The notes under the pieces are model-generated. The model was not told the origin of the DNA. It saw only the letters and a list, made by a program, of their open reading frames with translations, and searched no databases. Shown piece by piece: positions 19,634-28,156 of a stretch of DNA of 64,000 nt; position 1 is the stretch's first letter, and each line of letters begins with the position of its first letter. The DNA is taken from assembly GCA_034928145.1 (NCBI GenBank), contig JAYFPE010000004.1, forward strand, positions 842 to 64,841, in the 5' to 3' direction. The stretch is from Candidatus Pelethousia sp. (GTDB lineage Bacteria; Bacillota; Clostridia; Christensenellales; CAG-138). A program made the position numbers and the translations under genes.

Positions 19634-20332
19634 ATGCAAAGAAGTGAGCTTCAGATCGGCAATACCCCTGCGCTGCGCTGGGGCGAGGCGGCCGACAAAA
19701 TCTACCTGTTCGTGCACGGCAAGGGCGGCAATAAAGAAGAGGCCGCGCGCTTTGCGGCCATAGCCTGCGCCAAGGGCTGGCAGGTGTTGAGCATAGACCT
19801 GCCGGGGCATGGGGAATCCGGCTATGCGGCGGATGAATTTGTCCCCTGGCATGTGACGCCGGAATTGCATACGGTCATGGCTTACCTAAAGCCGCAATGG
19901 CGGCGGATCGGCCTTTGGGCGAACAGCATCGGCGCCTGGTTCAGCATGCTGGCTTATGCGGACATAACCTTTGAGAAATGCCTGTTTATTTCCCCGATCC
20001 TCGATATGGAGCGCTTGGTCGAAAATATGATGCAATGGGCCGGCGTAACGGAAGAAAGGCTGCAAAAGGAGCAGGAAATCAAAACAGGCTTCGGCGAAAC
20101 GCTGTCGTGGCAATATCTGCTGTATACAAGAGAGCATCCCATTATAAAATGGAATTCGCCTACAGAAATTTTATATGCCGGGCAGGATAACCTGACGGAG
20201 CGGCCCGTGGCGGAGGCCTTCCGCGCCCGCTTCCATGCCGGCCTGACCGTGATGGAGGATGGCGAGCATTGGTTCCATATGCCGGCGCAGCTGGCCGTGC
20301 TGGATCGATGGGCGCAAAACCACGCCGAATAG
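19634..20332 (+). CDS. Alpha/beta hydrolase
   Basis: LFVHGKGGNKEE oxyanion region, a nucleophile elbow (WANSIGAW) and a C-terminal His context (GEHWFH). Confidence 0.65.
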   Translation: MQRSELQIGNTPALRWGEAADKIYLFVHGKGGNKEEAARFAAIACAKGWQVLSIDLPGHGESGYAADEFVPWHVTPELHTVMAYLKPQWRRIGLWANSIGAWFSMLAYADITFEKCLFISPILDMERLVENMMQWAGVTEERLQKEQEIKTGFGETLSWQYLLYTREHPIIKWNSPTEILYAGQDNLTERPVAEAFRARFHAGLTVMEDGEHWFHMPAQLAVLDRWAQNHAE

Positions 20333-20350
20333 CCGCTGCTTTGTAAAGCG

Positions 20351-20386
20351 GGCGGTATCCTTATTCAGGATGCCGCCTGTTTATAT
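20351..20386 (+). terminator. Rho-independent terminator
   Basis: GGCGGTATCC-7 nt-GGATGCCGCC followed by TGTTTATAT. Confidence 0.55.
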
Positions 20387-20414
20387 ATACAGGCCCGGGC
20401 GGCCTCGGCGCTTG

Positions 20415-20444
20415 TTGACAAAAAAGGGCCGGGATTGCTATAGT
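20415..20444 (+). promoter_or_regulatory. Sigma-A type promoter
   Basis: TTGACA-18 nt-TATAGT upstream of the 142-aa membrane protein and azlCD. Confidence 0.55.
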
Positions 20445-20490
20445 GAAGAGAAATCCGCTGGCCTGAGCGAACCGGGAGGAGATTGGATAT

Positions 20491-20919
20491 ATGGAACAAT
20501 CCGTGCTGACGAACGCGCTCCGCATCCTGCTTTTCTGCCTCGTGCTTTGGAGCCTGATCTTTTTTCTGATGAGCAAGCTGCGCGTGCCGGATAGGTTTCT
20601 CGACGGCCTGCCTATTGAGGGGCGCAACATTATCGTGATCGGCCTGATCCTCTGCGTGGTGTGCATCCAACTGGCTTTTAACGGCCATTGGCGCGCAGCC
20701 TTTGACGGGCGCTGGTGGACCTACCGCATGGATTGGTATATCCTGTTTTTCACCACGCTCAAATTGTTTGACAGCATGCGCATCCGCACCAAGGCCAGCA
20801 AGGCCGCGGCGTCGCAGGCGGCCGCGGAGCGGGAAGAACGCCGCCGGCAGCGCAAAAAAGCGGGGCCTACCCCCAAGCGGCAGCAAACCGGCGAAAGCAG
20901 CCGGCGTTCCCGGGGTTAG
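20491..20919 (+). CDS. Hypothetical membrane protein with highly basic C-terminal tail
   Basis: Strong GGGAGGAG RBS, three predicted TM helices and a Lys/Arg-rich tail. No family recognised. Confidence 0.5.
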   Translation: MEQSVLTNALRILLFCLVLWSLIFFLMSKLRVPDRFLDGLPIEGRNIIVIGLILCVVCIQLAFNGHWRAAFDGRWWTYRMDWYILFFTTLKLFDSMRIRTKASKAAASQAAAEREERRRQRKKAGPTPKRQQTGESSRRSRG

Positions 20920-20949
20920 CCGAAAAACTTATTTAAGGAGAGAAAGACC

Positions 20950-21669
20950 TTGCACAACGCCCGCCTGCGCGCGTTCCGCTTCGTATGCAAGCGGTCTGTG
21001 CCCATCCTGTTCGAATATATTTTTCTTGGCATCGCCTTTGGCATTTTGATGAACCAGGCAGGGTATGCGCCCATCTGGGCCATGCTTTCCGCCGCGTTCA
21101 TTTACGCCGGGGCCATGCAGATCGTGATGGTGCCCCTTTTGAGCGGCGGCGCGCCCCTTTGGACGATTGCCGCCATGACGCTCTTTATCAACGCGCGGCA
21201 CATATTTTACGGCATCGGCTTTGTGGAGCGCTTCAAGCGCATGGGGCCTCTCAAGTATGCCTATATGGCCCTTACCGTAACGGATGAGACCTATTCCCTG
21301 CTCATCTCCCCACAATACCCGGCGGATGTGGAGCCTATGCTGGGGGATTTTTACACCAATCTCCTGGCCCATTGCACCTGGATCTTGGGTTGCACGCTGG
21401 GCGCCGTCGCGGGCCAGGTGCTGCCCGTAGACCTGACCGGCATCGATTTTTGCGCCACGGCTTTCTTTATCACCGTGGTGGTGAGCCAATGGCGGCAGTT
21501 CCCCTCGCGCATCCCGGCCCTGGCGGGCCTGGTCAGCGCGGCTGTCTTCCTCGTGCTTCTGGGGCCGGCTCGTTTCATCATCCCGGCCCTGGCCGTGAGC
21601 ATGGCCGCGTTGATGATGCTCAGGGACCGGGTGGAGCTGCAAATGCGGGGAGGGCAGGCCCATGAATAA
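20950..21669 (+). CDS. azlC: AzlC family branched-chain amino acid exporter subunit
   Basis: AzlC-like N-terminus (FLGIAFGILM...IYAGAMQ). TTG start sits 7 nt after AAGGAGAG. The gene overlaps azlD by 8 nt. Confidence 0.8.
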   Translation: MHNARLRAFRFVCKRSVPILFEYIFLGIAFGILMNQAGYAPIWAMLSAAFIYAGAMQIVMVPLLSGGAPLWTIAAMTLFINARHIFYGIGFVERFKRMGPLKYAYMALTVTDETYSLLISPQYPADVEPMLGDFYTNLLAHCTWILGCTLGAVAGQVLPVDLTGIDFCATAFFITVVVSQWRQFPSRIPALAGLVSAAVFLVLLGPARFIIPALAVSMAALMMLRDRVELQMRGGQAHE

Positions 21670-21991
21670 CGCGTTGGATACAGCCCTGGTGGTGGCCGTG
21701 GTGGCGCTGATTACCGCCTTTACCCGCGCCCTGCCATACCTGCTCTTTGGCGGCAGGCAGAACCTGCCCGCCATGGTGCGTTATTTGGGCGCGGCGCTGC
21801 CCGCCTCGATCATGGTAATCCTGGTGGTCTATTGTTTGCGCAATATCCAGCCCGCGGCCTATCCGCACGGCCTGCCGGAAATCATCGCCTCGGCGCTGGT
21901 TGTGGGTCTGCAGCTATGGAAGAAGAACGCCTTGTTCAGCATCGGCGCGGGCACGGTCTGCTACATGTTGCTGTTACGGCTGATGGCCTAG
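21662..21991 (+). CDS. azlD: AzlD family branched-chain amino acid transport protein
   Basis: 109-aa hydrophobic protein translationally coupled to azlC. Carries the RALPYLLF motif. Confidence 0.75.
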   Translation: MNNALDTALVVAVVALITAFTRALPYLLFGGRQNLPAMVRYLGAALPASIMVILVVYCLRNIQPAAYPHGLPEIIASALVVGLQLWKKNALFSIGAGTVCYMLLLRLMA

Positions 21992-22010
21992 CTTTGCCCA
22001 CCGTTTTTGC

Positions 22011-22285
22011 TTGTCAAAAAAGTGGCCGCGGCCACTTTTATGAGGATGCGCGCTTTGCCTAAAGCGCTGCGCGTTTCCGGGCGGCAAAGCGTGAAAAGCA
22101 AGAAAGCCTGCGGCTTTCATCCGTTTCGGCGTACAGAAGGTGAATTGCCGCAAAGCGGCAAGAGAGGCCCCCCTGGGGGGTGCCGCCGAAGCCGCAATAG
22201 AAGGCAGGGGCTGCGGCTCCTTGACAACCCCGGGTTTTTGACACTCTGAAGCGGGATGCGGTTGACAACCGCGCCCGCTTTTTGC
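22011..22285. repeat. Mosaic intergenic repeat, copy A (palindrome + conserved block + terminal hairpin/T-run)
   Basis: 22058-22133 matches the reverse complement of 59771-59846 at 69 of 76 positions by manual alignment. 22207-22252 matches the reverse complement of 59694-59740 with about 4 mismatches and 1 indel. The copy starts with TCAAAAAAGTGGCCGCGGCCACTTTTATGA. Confidence 0.8.
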
Positions 22286-22536
22286 TACTATATATATGGA
22301 CTTTTCTCGCGCGGTTCGCGCAAAAACCGGGTTTTTAAGTTTGGGCCCTGCGCCCAAATCAAAACACGGTCGGCCCGCACTCCACTTTCTGTGGGACGAT
22401 ACGCATAAAAAGGAGGCATCATCTATCCGCAAGGCTTGCGGTGCGGCAGTGTGGAGACCTGCCGTAAGGCTCATACGGCCAGCTCCGTATGGGCGAGGCA
22501 GCGCGGGCGGAGGCCCCGCGGCCAGAGCCGGCGAAC

Positions 22537-23658
22537 ATGGCAAACGTAACGCTCAAAAACATCACCAAGGTCTACGACAACAAGGTCACGGCAGTCCACG
22601 ATTTTAACCTTGAGATCGCGGATAATGAGTTCATTGTGCTGGTGGGCCCTTCGGGCTGCGGCAAATCCACCACCCTGCGCATGGTGGCGGGCCTGGAGGA
22701 GATTACCTCGGGCGAACTCTACATCGGCGACAAGCTGGTCAATGACGTGCCCCCCAAAGACAGGGACATCGCCATGGTCTTCCAGAACTACGCCCTTTAC
22801 CCCCACATGACGGTCTATGAAAACATGGCCTTTGCCCTTACCCTGCGCAAGGAGCCTAAGGATGTGATCGACCGCAAGGTACGGGAGGCGGCGGAGATTT
22901 TGGACATCACCGATTACCTCAAGCGCAAGCCCAAGGCCCTCTCGGGCGGCCAGCGCCAGCGCGTAGCCATCGGCCGCGCCATCGTGCGGGATCCGCAGGT
23001 GTTTTTGATGGATGAGCCCCTTTCCAATTTGGACGCCAAGCTGCGCAACCAGATGCGCGCTGAGATCATCAAGCTGCGCCAGCGCATCGATACCACCTTC
23101 ATCTACGTGACCCATGACCAGACCGAGGCCATGACGCTGGGCGATCGCGTCGTCATCATGAAGGATGGCTTTATCCAGCAGATCGGCACCCCGCAGGAGG
23201 CTTTCGACCACCCCGCAAACCTTTTCGTTGCGGGCTTTATCGGCACCCCGCAGATGAACTTCTTCGACGCCGAGCTGATACGCAGCGGGGATGATTATTA
23301 CGTACGCCTGGGCGGCGCGGATTTCGCCATCTCCGAAGAGAAGCAGGCCGTGCTGCGTGAAAAGAACGTAGCGCCCCAGACCGTGACCATGGGCGTGCGG
23401 CCCGAGCACATCATGCTCTGCGCCGCTTCCGCACCGGAGAGCCACATCAGGGCCGAGGTGGATGTTTCCGAAATGATGGGCAGCTCCATCCACCTGCACG
23501 TGCGTGCGCTGGAGCAGGATGTGGTGATCGTGCTAGCCACGGTAGACCTGCCCGCCGAGCACCGCGGCGGCTTCCGCCTGCACGACGAGGTCAACTTTAC
23601 CTTTGGCGGCAATGTGGTGCACCTTTTCAGCAAGGAAACGGAGCAGTCGCTGCTTTAA
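22537..23658 (+). CDS. Sugar-type ABC transporter ATP-binding protein (MsmK/UgpC/MalK-like), orphan
   Basis: Walker A GPSGCGKST, signature LSGGQRQRV, Walker B FLMDEPLSNLD and a C-terminal MalK-like regulatory domain. No permease or binding-protein gene is adjacent. Confidence 0.85.
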   Translation: MANVTLKNITKVYDNKVTAVHDFNLEIADNEFIVLVGPSGCGKSTTLRMVAGLEEITSGELYIGDKLVNDVPPKDRDIAMVFQNYALYPHMTVYENMAFALTLRKEPKDVIDRKVREAAEILDITDYLKRKPKALSGGQRQRVAIGRAIVRDPQVFLMDEPLSNLDAKLRNQMRAEIIKLRQRIDTTFIYVTHDQTEAMTLGDRVVIMKDGFIQQIGTPQEAFDHPANLFVAGFIGTPQMNFFDAELIRSGDDYYVRLGGADFAISEEKQAVLREKNVAPQTVTMGVRPEHIMLCAASAPESHIRAEVDVSEMMGSSIHLHVRALEQDVVIVLATVDLPAEHRGGFRLHDEVNFTFGGNVVHLFSKETEQSLL

Positions 23659-23721
23659 GAGCCGGGTCTTGCCGAAAACGATGAATTTAGGGCGGAGCGC
23701 TTTGCGCTTCGCCCTTATGGG

Positions 23722-23826
23722 TGTCAAAAAAGTGGCAATGCCACTTTTTTGAGTTTGCATGAAACAACTGCTCGTACCTTGCGGTCGTTGTTTCATGCAG
23801 TGAAAGCCTTGGCAAGCAAGGCTTTT
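23722..23826. repeat. Mosaic intergenic repeat, copy B (module 1)
   Basis: GTCAAAAAAGTGGCAATGCCACTTTTTTGAGTTT followed by the GAAAGCCTTGGCAAGCAAGGCTTTT hairpin. The same two units occur in the same order at 59547-59700. Confidence 0.65.
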
Positions 23827-24082
23827 CGCTCGCGGCGTACATGCCGCCGCTCACGATTAAAGCCTCCGGGTGCTGTGGCCCCCGATCCCCCAGGAACCTT
23901 TTCGCCCTTATGTTATGCTGTACTTTCTCAAACAAGCGGCCCGGCATGCGCGGCGCGGATTTTATTTGCAGCAAAGTCTACACCGGGGCTGGGAATTTTG
24001 CGATATATAGGGTAAAATGGTATAAAAGGGTATGATACATCCGGCGCGCGGTATCGATAAGCCTGGCGGGAAGGGGTTCTTA

Positions 24083-26437
24083 ATGAAAAAGCAAGTCCTG
24101 TTTTCTTTAATCTTGGCCGCGGTTTTGCTGCTGGTTCCCGTGGGGGTCCTGGCGGCGGATGCGACGCCCACGGGCAGCGGAAATGCGCTTTCTTCCAACG
24201 GCGCGGAGGCTTTCACCATCACGACTAAGGACAAGTTGGATTCCACAGCCATGCGCGCCAGCCTGGCGGGTTTTACGGAAGGCGACGCTTCCGCCGGCGC
24301 CACCGTGGCCTGCTGGAAGGATGCGGATGGGAGCCTCAAATTCGTTTATTTATCGAACGCAACCGAACTCACCCTGAACGCGGGTAAAACGGCGAACCTT
24401 TCCGGCAACGTCAGCATCGGGAGCCTCACCATCGGGGCGGGCGCCGGGCTGATCGTGCCCGCCGGCACGGATACCGCGAAAAACAGCCTTACCGCTGAAA
24501 CCACGGTAATCGTTAGCGATGGCGGCACGCTGACCAACAGCGGCACGGTAACGGCGAAGAGCGGCATCAGCACGACGGGCAGCAAGAGCACCATTAGCAA
24601 TGGCAGCGGTTCCGAGCTGATCACGCCCACAGTGGAGGTTGGCGCCGGCGGCAGATTAACCAACGAGGGCAGCATTGCGGGCAGCCTGATCAACCAGGGC
24701 AACGCGGACCTGGATGGCGGCACGGTGAGCGGCCATATTGAAAACAGCGGCGATGTGGTGGGCACGAAGCCCCTCACCATCGGCAAAGATCAGAAGCTTA
24801 CCATCACGGGCACAGGCTATGTCAGCCCCAGCATCGTTAACGATGGCGGCGCGGTTACCCTCAAGGATGAAGCGCTGGTGCGCGGCACTGTGTCCAACAC
24901 AGGCGCGGGCACGTTGAATGTGGAAGGCGGCGAGGTGAGCGGCAAGGTTACCAACAATTCCGGCGCCACGGTAAACGTAAGCGGCGGCACGCTCAATAAC
25001 GTGACGAACAGCGGCGCGTTAACTGTATCCGCCGGCCAGATAGACGGCAACATAAGCAACGAGACGGGCGGCGCGCTGACCTTGAGCGGCGCCGGCGCGA
25101 TCAATAAACCGCTTAATAACGCGGGCGGGTTCACCATGACCGGCGGCACCTTGGCCGGCTCGCTGGATAACGGCGGCACGGCCGCCATTTCCGGCGGCAC
25201 GGTGAACGCGAATATAAGCAATGAAAGCAACATGAGCCTTTCAGGCGTTACGGTAAACGGCGATATGGCCAACGCCGGCGCGCTTACCCTGGGCGACGGG
25301 GTAACCCTGGCGGGCGATGTGGTGGAGAATGGCGAGGACGGGACGATCACCGGCTCATCGCTGAGCATAGGTTCCGGCACGGATATGTTCAACGAGGGCA
25401 TCGTGAGCGCCAAAGCGGTCACGGTCAACGGTACGCTTGAAAATAAGAAGGGCGGTACCATCGCCCAGGATTCCACCCTCACCAACAACGGCAAGCTGAC
25501 CAATGCGGGCATCATCGCCAGCTCGTCCCTGAGCAATACCGGCACGCTGACCAACCAGAGCAAGGGCGAAATCTCCAGCGCCGCCGTGAGCAACAGCGGC
25601 ACGCTCACCAACGCCAAGGATGGCCGTATCGCCAACAAAGACGCCACCGTGACCAACACGGGCACCCTCACCAACAGCGGCACCATCACCGCCAAGGTGA
25701 CCAACGAGAAGAGCGGCACGCTCACCAATAAGAGCGTCATCACCGGCGCTGTGACCAACAACGGCGGCACCGTGACCAATGCTGAAAGCGGCTCCATGTC
25801 CGGCTCTATCACAAACGGCGAAGGCGGTACCATTTCCAACGGTGGCTCTATCTCCGGCGATGTGGATAATAAAGGCACCATCAAAAATACCACGGATACG
25901 GCCTCGGTCAGCGGCAAGGTTACGGGCAAAGAGATAGAATCCACTGACGCAGCCAAGCCCATCACCGCCACCAACTCGGAAAAGACCGTGACCCTTTCGG
26001 ATATGCCAGCGGGCTCCGTGCTGACCACGGCCAAGCTTGCGGAAAGCAGCGACGGCTATAAGTCCCTCAAATCCACGGCCAAGGATGCCAAGGTCATCTG
26101 CGCATACGATATCACCTGCAACAAAACTTTTACGGGCACCAAAACCCTCACCTTCCTCCTTGGCAAGGACTATGCGGGCAAGACCATCACCGCCCTGCAT
26201 TACATCAACGGCATCGTCGATACCTATAAGGGCAAGGCGGATTCCAGCGGCAATTTCAGCATGCCCATCACTTCCCTGAGCCCCTTCATGCTGGTTGAAG
26301 GCGCAGTCAGCGGCAGCGGCAGCGGCGGCAGCGGCTCCAAACCCGTGAAAACGGGTGATGCGGCGGATTCTCTCCCCGGCCTGTCCTTGATCCTGCTGGC
26401 CGCCGGGGTCTACATCTGGCGCAAGCGCACCGCATAA
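24083..26437 (+). CDS. Cell-surface beta-solenoid repeat protein with sortase-type C-terminal anchor
   Basis: Signal peptide MKKQVLFSLILAAVLLLVPVGVLAADA. About 550 aa of G-(T/S)-(L/V/I)-(T/S)-N type repeats follow. The C-terminus reads KPVKTGD, then a hydrophobic helix, then RKRTA. Confidence 0.7.
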   Translation: MKKQVLFSLILAAVLLLVPVGVLAADATPTGSGNALSSNGAEAFTITTKDKLDSTAMRASLAGFTEGDASAGATVACWKDADGSLKFVYLSNATELTLNAGKTANLSGNVSIGSLTIGAGAGLIVPAGTDTAKNSLTAETTVIVSDGGTLTNSGTVTAKSGISTTGSKSTISNGSGSELITPTVEVGAGGRLTNEGSIAGSLINQGNADLDGGTVSGHIENSGDVVGTKPLTIGKDQKLTITGTGYVSPSIVNDGGAVTLKDEALVRGTVSNTGAGTLNVEGGEVSGKVTNNSGATVNVSGGTLNNVTNSGALTVSAGQIDGNISNETGGALTLSGAGAINKPLNNAGGFTMTGGTLAGSLDNGGTAAISGGTVNANISNESNMSLSGVTVNGDMANAGALTLGDGVTLAGDVVENGEDGTITGSSLSIGSGTDMFNEGIVSAKAVTVNGTLENKKGGTIAQDSTLTNNGKLTNAGIIASSSLSNTGTLTNQSKGEISSAAVSNSGTLTNAKDGRIANKDATVTNTGTLTNSGTITAKVTNEKSGTLTNKSVITGAVTNNGGTVTNAESGSMSGSITNGEGGTISNGGSISGDVDNKGTIKNTTDTASVSGKVTGKEIESTDAAKPITATNSEKTVTLSDMPAGSVLTTAKLAESSDGYKSLKSTAKDAKVICAYDITCNKTFTGTKTLTFLLGKDYAGKTITALHYINGIVDTYKGKADSSGNFSMPITSLSPFMLVEGAVSGSGSGGSGSKPVKTGDAADSLPGLSLILLAAGVYIWRKRTA

Positions 26438-26468
26438 AGCCTGCAAAAGCATGAAATACTGGAAGAAA

Positions 26469-26491
26469 CAGGGCGCCCGGCGGGCGCCCTG
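26469..26491 (+). terminator. GC hairpin after surface-protein gene (weak T-tract)
   Basis: CAGGGCGCC-5 nt-GGCGCCCTG. Only TT follows before the next promoter. Confidence 0.4.
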
Positions 26492-26520
26492 TTGACATGT
26501 GGGGAATATAAATGTAAAAT
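26492..26520 (+). promoter_or_regulatory. Consensus-like sigma-A promoter
   Basis: TTGACA-17 nt-TAAAAT. Confidence 0.65.
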
Positions 26521-26526
26521 ATGCAT

Positions 26527-26739
26527 ATTATAATCTATTGAAAGGATCCCCAATGGAAGATTCGGACGGCGACGAAAGTCCAAGTAACGCCATAGAGCGC
26601 CAGCGCGCATACTGGTACCGGGCATGACCCATGCCTCCTTAGCGGGGGTAAGTGGGGTATGCCTTTTTGCATACCGAAAATGAAAGATCGGATTCCTCTG
26701 GTTGGGGGGTATTCCGCAGGAACATAAAGGAGAGATTTT
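26527..26739 (+). promoter_or_regulatory. Structured 5' leader of about 210 nt (candidate cis-regulatory RNA, class unknown)
   Basis: Lies between the promoter and the TTG start of the CNNM gene. It contains several GC hairpins. A possible closing helix pairs CCAAUGGAAGAUUCGG (5') with UCGGAUUCCUCUGGUUGG (3'), just before the RBS. Confidence 0.3.
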
Positions 26740-28089
26740 TTGAATTCCATTCCCAGACAATTGCTTTTGCAAGCGGTTTTGATATTGCTTAACGCCTTTT
26801 TTGCGGCTTCGGAGATCGCCGTGATTTCCCTAAGCCCCAATAAGTTGCGCCGTATGGCGGAAGAGGGCAATAAGAGCGCGCCCCGGCTTTTGAAGCTGGT
26901 GGAGGAGCCGGCGGGTTTCCTCTCCACCATTCAGATCGGCATTACCATGGCCGGCTATTTGGGCAGCGCCTTTGCGGCCGAAAACTTTTCCGATTATATC
27001 GTGGCCTGGATCTATGATGGCCTGAAGTTCCAAAGCATGAGCCCGGCCGCGCTCAACTCCATCTCCATCGTGCTCATCACCATTATCCTGGGCTATTTCA
27101 CCCTGGTGCTGGGTGAGCTTGTGCCTAAGCGCATCGCCATGCAAAAGCCCATGGAGGTAGCCAAGGTGACCTCCGTGGTGGTGGGAGGCATCTCGGTGGC
27201 GATGAAGCCGGTGATCCGCTTTCTCAGCGCCAGTACAAACCTGGTGCTACGCTTGTTGGGCCTGAAAACCGAGGCGGAGGACGAGACGGTTTCCGAGGAT
27301 GAGATCCGCATGATGGTGGATCTAGGTGAGGAGCGCGGCGCGATCGACACGGATGAAAAGGAATGGATCCAAAACGTGTTCGAATTCAACGACGTATCCG
27401 TTTACGACGCTATGACCCGCGCCACGGATGTGGAGGCCATCTCTTTAGAAGATACGAAAGAGGAGATCCTCACCCGCATCCGTGAAACCGGCCTTTCCCG
27501 CTTCCCCGTTTACGATGAGGATATCAACGACATCGTGGGCGTTCTCAATTCGCGTGATTTCCTGCTGGCCGTGGGCGAGGGCAAGCCCTGCGATACGGCA
27601 AGCCTCATGCGCACGCCCTACTTCGTGCCCGAATCCATCCGCGCGGACCAGCTTTTCAAGGATATGCAGCACAACAAAATCCATATCGCGGTGGTCATCG
27701 GCGAGTATGGCGAGCTGGCGGGCATCGTCACCATCGAAGATCTGCTCGAGCAGATCGTGGGCAATATCTACGACGAATTCGACCCGGAGGAGCCGGAGGA
27801 GATCCAGCAGATCGGCGATAACCTCTGGCGCGTCTCGGGCAGCACCCGGGTGGAGGATTTGGCCGAGGCCCTCGATATGGATATCCCCGAAGACGAGGAT
27901 TACGACAGCGTGGGCGGCATGGTCTTCAGCTGCCTGCATACCATCCCCCAGGATGGCGATACGCTGGAGGTGGAGGTCAACGGCCTGCGCATCTACGTGA
28001 AGCGCATCGAGGAGCGGCGGGTGGAAGAGGCGCTGGTAGAAAAGCTGGCCCAATGCAAGCGCGAGGAAGACGGGAAAGAAGAGGCGTAG
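26740..28089 (+). CDS. CNNM/CorC-HlyC family protein (DUF21-CBS pair-CorC_HlyC), putative Mg2+/Co2+ efflux
   Basis: The N-terminal DUF21 TM domain (LLNAFFAASEIA, GELVPKR), a CBS pair and the C-terminal transporter-associated domain are all present. TTG start follows AAAGGAGAG. Confidence 0.85.
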   Translation: MNSIPRQLLLQAVLILLNAFFAASEIAVISLSPNKLRRMAEEGNKSAPRLLKLVEEPAGFLSTIQIGITMAGYLGSAFAAENFSDYIVAWIYDGLKFQSMSPAALNSISIVLITIILGYFTLVLGELVPKRIAMQKPMEVAKVTSVVVGGISVAMKPVIRFLSASTNLVLRLLGLKTEAEDETVSEDEIRMMVDLGEERGAIDTDEKEWIQNVFEFNDVSVYDAMTRATDVEAISLEDTKEEILTRIRETGLSRFPVYDEDINDIVGVLNSRDFLLAVGEGKPCDTASLMRTPYFVPESIRADQLFKDMQHNKIHIAVVIGEYGELAGIVTIEDLLEQIVGNIYDEFDPEEPEEIQQIGDNLWRVSGSTRVEDLAEALDMDIPEDEDYDSVGGMVFSCLHTIPQDGDTLEVEVNGLRIYVKRIEERRVEEALVEKLAQCKREEDGKEEA

Positions 28090-28108
28090 GATAGCCATGC
28101 ATACAAGC

Positions 28109-28142
28109 GGGGACGCGCAACTTCCGGCGCGTCCCCTTCTTT
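28109..28142 (+). terminator. Rho-independent terminator between convergent genes
   Basis: GGGGACGCGC-8 nt-GCGCGTCCCC followed by TTCTTT. Confidence 0.7.
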
Positions 28143-28156
28143 AATTTGCGGGAGGT

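Noticed and set aside
22059-22268. Small ORFs inside the mosaic repeats (22059-22268 minus and 59593-59844 plus) share a C-terminal ...YAETxESRKLSxFxRFAARKRAA peptide.
   Set aside because: The peptide similarity follows automatically from the roughly 90 percent nucleotide identity. There is no RBS, the composition is basic and low-complexity, and the sequence is dominated by hairpins. I treat it as non-coding, but a Ka/Ks test over many copies would settle it.
22471-23499. 342-aa minus-strand ORF opposite the ABC ATPase gene. Comparable ORFs lie at 42521-43654, 47361-48503, 57155-58612 and 59884-61161.
   Set aside because: These are shadow ORFs opposite genes with unambiguous Walker, PTS, PotD or GGGtGRT motifs.
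24817-26452. Two long minus-strand ORFs (405 and 365 aa) antisense to the surface-protein gene.
   Set aside because: They are artefacts of the repetitive ACC/GGC/AAC-rich sense strand. The sense ORF has a signal peptide, a coherent repeat structure and a sorting signal, and the antisense translations are low-complexity.
26527-26739. Assigning the CNNM leader to a known riboswitch class (M-box, ydaO/c-di-AMP, yybP-ykoY, NiCo, fluoride, guanidine).
   Set aside because: I could not find the conserved core sequences of any of these classes as I remember them. It is kept only as an unclassified candidate.
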